From contig CAYYOT010000003.1 in assembly GCA_964473255.1 (NCBI GenBank), positions 50,449-114,448 on the forward strand: a stretch of DNA of 64,000 bases. The letters run 5' to 3'. Positions 62,511 through 64,000 of the stretch are shown piece after piece. Each line of letters starts with the position of its first letter. Positions within the stretch are counted from its first letter, which is position 1. The notes below the pieces were generated by a model, which worked only from the letters and a program-made list of their open reading frames with translations, was not told where the DNA came from and ran no database searches. A program made the position numbers and the translations under genes. The DNA comes from an uncultured Myxococcales bacterium (GTDB lineage Bacteria; Myxococcota; Kuafuiibacteriia; Kuafuiibacteriales; Kuafuiibacteriaceae).

Positions 62511-63680
62511 ATGCTCAAGGATCTCGACGATACCGCCTACACCCTGACCGAGCACCTGGGAGAGCTTCGGGGTCGACTCTTCAAGGGGTTGCTCGCGGTC
62601 TTGGTCACGAGCGGCGCTTGTCTCGCCTTCGCGCCGACGATCCTCGACTACGCGACCGAGCCGCTCCGCGCGACGCTGCGGGACGGCAACCGGGTCGAGA
62701 CCTTGATCGTCCATCAGCAGCCCGAAGGGCGAGCTGCACTCGAGCGTACGTTGGCCGGGCTCGACCGCGCCCGCATCCGAGGCGCGGACGCAACTTTGAA
62801 GGAGGCCGTCTCTTTGGTCCGGAGCGCGGCGTCCTCGCGCTACCCGATCGACCTCCTCCTGGTCACCGCCGAATCGATCGGTGCCGACGGGGCCTATGTC
62901 TCGGACCTCCTGGAGGGCGTCGAACCGGCCCCATACGTTGTGTACCTGGTGGCCGATCCCGAAGCCCCCGCCGTGCGCGAGCTTCAGCTCGACGGGGCCA
63001 CCGTCGTGCTCGAACCGGTCCGCGTGCCGGTCATGAGGCGTCTGGTCCGCCGGGCCGCAGGGGCTGCGGGTAAGGCGAGCAATCCCGATCGGCTCGTGGT
63101 GCTTTCACCGCTGGAAGTCTTCTTCGCTTACCTCAAGATCGCGATCGTCTTCGGCCTCTTCTTGGCGTGTCCGATCTGGCTCTACCAGGCGTGGGCCTTC
63201 GTGGCTCCCGGACTATACGCCCACGAAAAGCGCCTAGTGCTGCCGGTCGTTCTGAGTGCATCGCTCCTCTTCGTCAGCGGCGGTCTCTTCGCCTACTACG
63301 TGATGTTCCCGGTCATGTTCGATTTCCTCGTGAACCAGATGCTTCCGCAGACGCTGACCGCATCGTTTACGGTGGAGAACTACATCGGCCTGCTCCTGCG
63401 GCTGACGGTTGCGTTCGGAGTCGTGTTCGAGCTTCCGCTCGTCATTGCTCTGTTGGCCTATGTGGGGATCGTCGATGTGCCGATGCTCTCCCGCATGCGA
63501 AAGTACGCGGTCATCTTTGCGTTCGTGTTGGGCGCGTTCCTGACGCCGGCCGACCCGATGTCTCAGCTCCTGATGGCCATACCGCTGGTCGTGTTCTACG
63601 AGGTCGGCATCATCGTGGCCCGGGTCGTCGGGAAAAAGCGCAAATCGCCCTCCGCCGGCGCTCTCGCCGAGCGTGAGTAG
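62511..63680 (+). CDS. tatC: Twin-arginine translocase TatC with a roughly 135-aa insertion in the first periplasmic loop
   Basis: The TatC N-terminus is LTEHLGELRGRLFKGLLAVLV. After the insertion, the conserved TatC core resumes at PLEVFFAYLKIAIVFGLFLACPIWLYQAWAFVAPGLYAHEKR, followed by four more TM helices. The segment between (about 60..195) has no TatC counterpart. Confidence 0.85.
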   Translation: MLKDLDDTAYTLTEHLGELRGRLFKGLLAVLVTSGACLAFAPTILDYATEPLRATLRDGNRVETLIVHQQPEGRAALERTLAGLDRARIRGADATLKEAVSLVRSAASSRYPIDLLLVTAESIGADGAYVSDLLEGVEPAPYVVYLVADPEAPAVRELQLDGATVVLEPVRVPVMRRLVRRAAGAAGKASNPDRLVVLSPLEVFFAYLKIAIVFGLFLACPIWLYQAWAFVAPGLYAHEKRLVLPVVLSASLLFVSGGLFAYYVMFPVMFDFLVNQMLPQTLTASFTVENYIGLLLRLTVAFGVVFELPLVIALLAYVGIVDVPMLSRMRKYAVIFAFVLGAFLTPADPMSQLLMAIPLVVFYEVGIIVARVVGKKRKSPSAGALAERE

Positions 63681-63726
63681 GCCGCACCCCACTAGCCCCC
63701 CTGGACGCGCGGGCCGACCTCGTGGG

Positions 63727-64000
63727 ATGAACCCAAACATGACCCGCCACCTGCCGGAACAGGCCCGGCGGGAGCAGATCCTCCGGGCCGCCCGACGCTG
63801 CTTCGTCGAGAACGGCTTTCACCCGACGAGGATGGACGACATCGCGCGGGCGGCCGAGTTGTCCAAAGGGGGGGTCTACTTCCATTTCAAGTCGAAGCAG
63901 GAAGTGTTCGAGCGGCTCGTCGAAGAGGAATACGAGCGGTCGATACAGTTCCTCGAGCGGGTCGAAGAGGGCGATGCGCCCATCGGCGAGAAGATGCAGA
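63727..64000 (+). CDS. TetR/AcrR-family transcriptional regulator, 5' part (continues past the window end)
   Basis: The TetR HTH is RAARRCFVENGFHPTRMDDIARAAELSKGGVYFHFKSKQEVF. The start is ATG at about 63727, with an alternative ATG 12 nt downstream. The frame is open to the window edge. Confidence 0.7.
   Translation, partial: MNPNMTRHLPEQARREQILRAARRCFVENGFHPTRMDDIARAAELSKGGVYFHFKSKQEVFERLVEEEYERSIQFLERVEEGDAPIGEKMQ

Noticed and set aside
1-64000. Search for rRNA, tRNA, transposase, integrase or prophage genes
   Set aside because: No ORF shows DDE/HTH transposase motifs or tyrosine-recombinase motifs. The intergenic regions are all under 170 bp, and I saw no cloverleaf-like GC/AT pattern or rRNA-like conserved tract. 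I cannot run tRNAscan or Infernal here, so small ncRNAs cannot be excluded.

Overview
This is a 64-kb chromosomal window at roughly 70% GC. It is gene-dense on both strands, and many neighbouring genes overlap by 4 nt (ATGA or GTGA), which suggests translational coupling. Several features point to a Myxococcota-like organism: a CGNGVLEEGEDCDG-type 'Myxococcus cysteine-rich repeat' at the start of a large FG-GAP protein, a eukaryotic-like Ser/Thr kinase, a degenerate Ras/MglA-like GTPase, and an Oar-like TonB-dependent transporter. I did not recognise any rRNA, tRNA, CRISPR array, transposase or integrase. Most long ORFs in the six-frame track are Arg/Pro-rich antisense artefacts of the high GC content. 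I kept the frames that show recognisable domain signatures, signal peptides or coherent operon context.

Recognisable content from left to right:
1. A four-gene cassette on the minus strand that I consider the most interesting locus (details below).
2. A DksA-like regulator and a CpxP/Spy-like, OmpR-type regulator, sensor kinase operon.
3. gshB followed by a degenerate GTPase.
4. A 790-aa repeat lipoprotein.
5. Fatty-acid genes (crotonase and an acyl-CoA dehydrogenase).
6. The classical skp-lpxD-fabZ-lpxA-lpxB lipid-A cluster, followed by an MsbA-like exporter.
7. lpdA, lipB and rarD.
8. A Ser/Thr-kinase, FG-GAP, TPR/PEGA operon.
9. A single-lipoyl 2-oxoacid dehydrogenase E2, an IclR regulator, and a SulP transporter paired with a beta-carbonic anhydrase.
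10. A roughly 1300-aa Ig-like lipoprotein with a poly-Gly tail.
11. A GT39/ArnT-like glycosyltransferase, a metallophosphoesterase, thiL, larB and larC.
12. A Cys-rich lipoprotein and a large acyl-CoA dehydrogenase.
13. An exbB-exbD-tonB-lipoprotein-TBDT module whose transporter carries an N-terminal TonB-C-like domain.
14. A YciH/SUI1 homologue.
15. A secreted protein with a membrane partner.
16. An HDAC-like amidohydrolase, nadE, and tatB/tatC, where TatC has a large loop insertion.
17. The start of a TetR regulator.

The cassette at 1-4880 (minus strand) encodes, in order, a Sec-exported AstE/AspA-family deacylase, an inactive-transglutaminase/7TM membrane protein, a RimK-like ATP-grasp amidoligase, and a secreted MA-clan HExxH metallopeptidase. 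The ATP-grasp plus 7TM-transglutaminase core is an uncharacterised conserved system. Here it has an unusual pair of exported hydrolase partners instead of the usual retropepsin-like protease.
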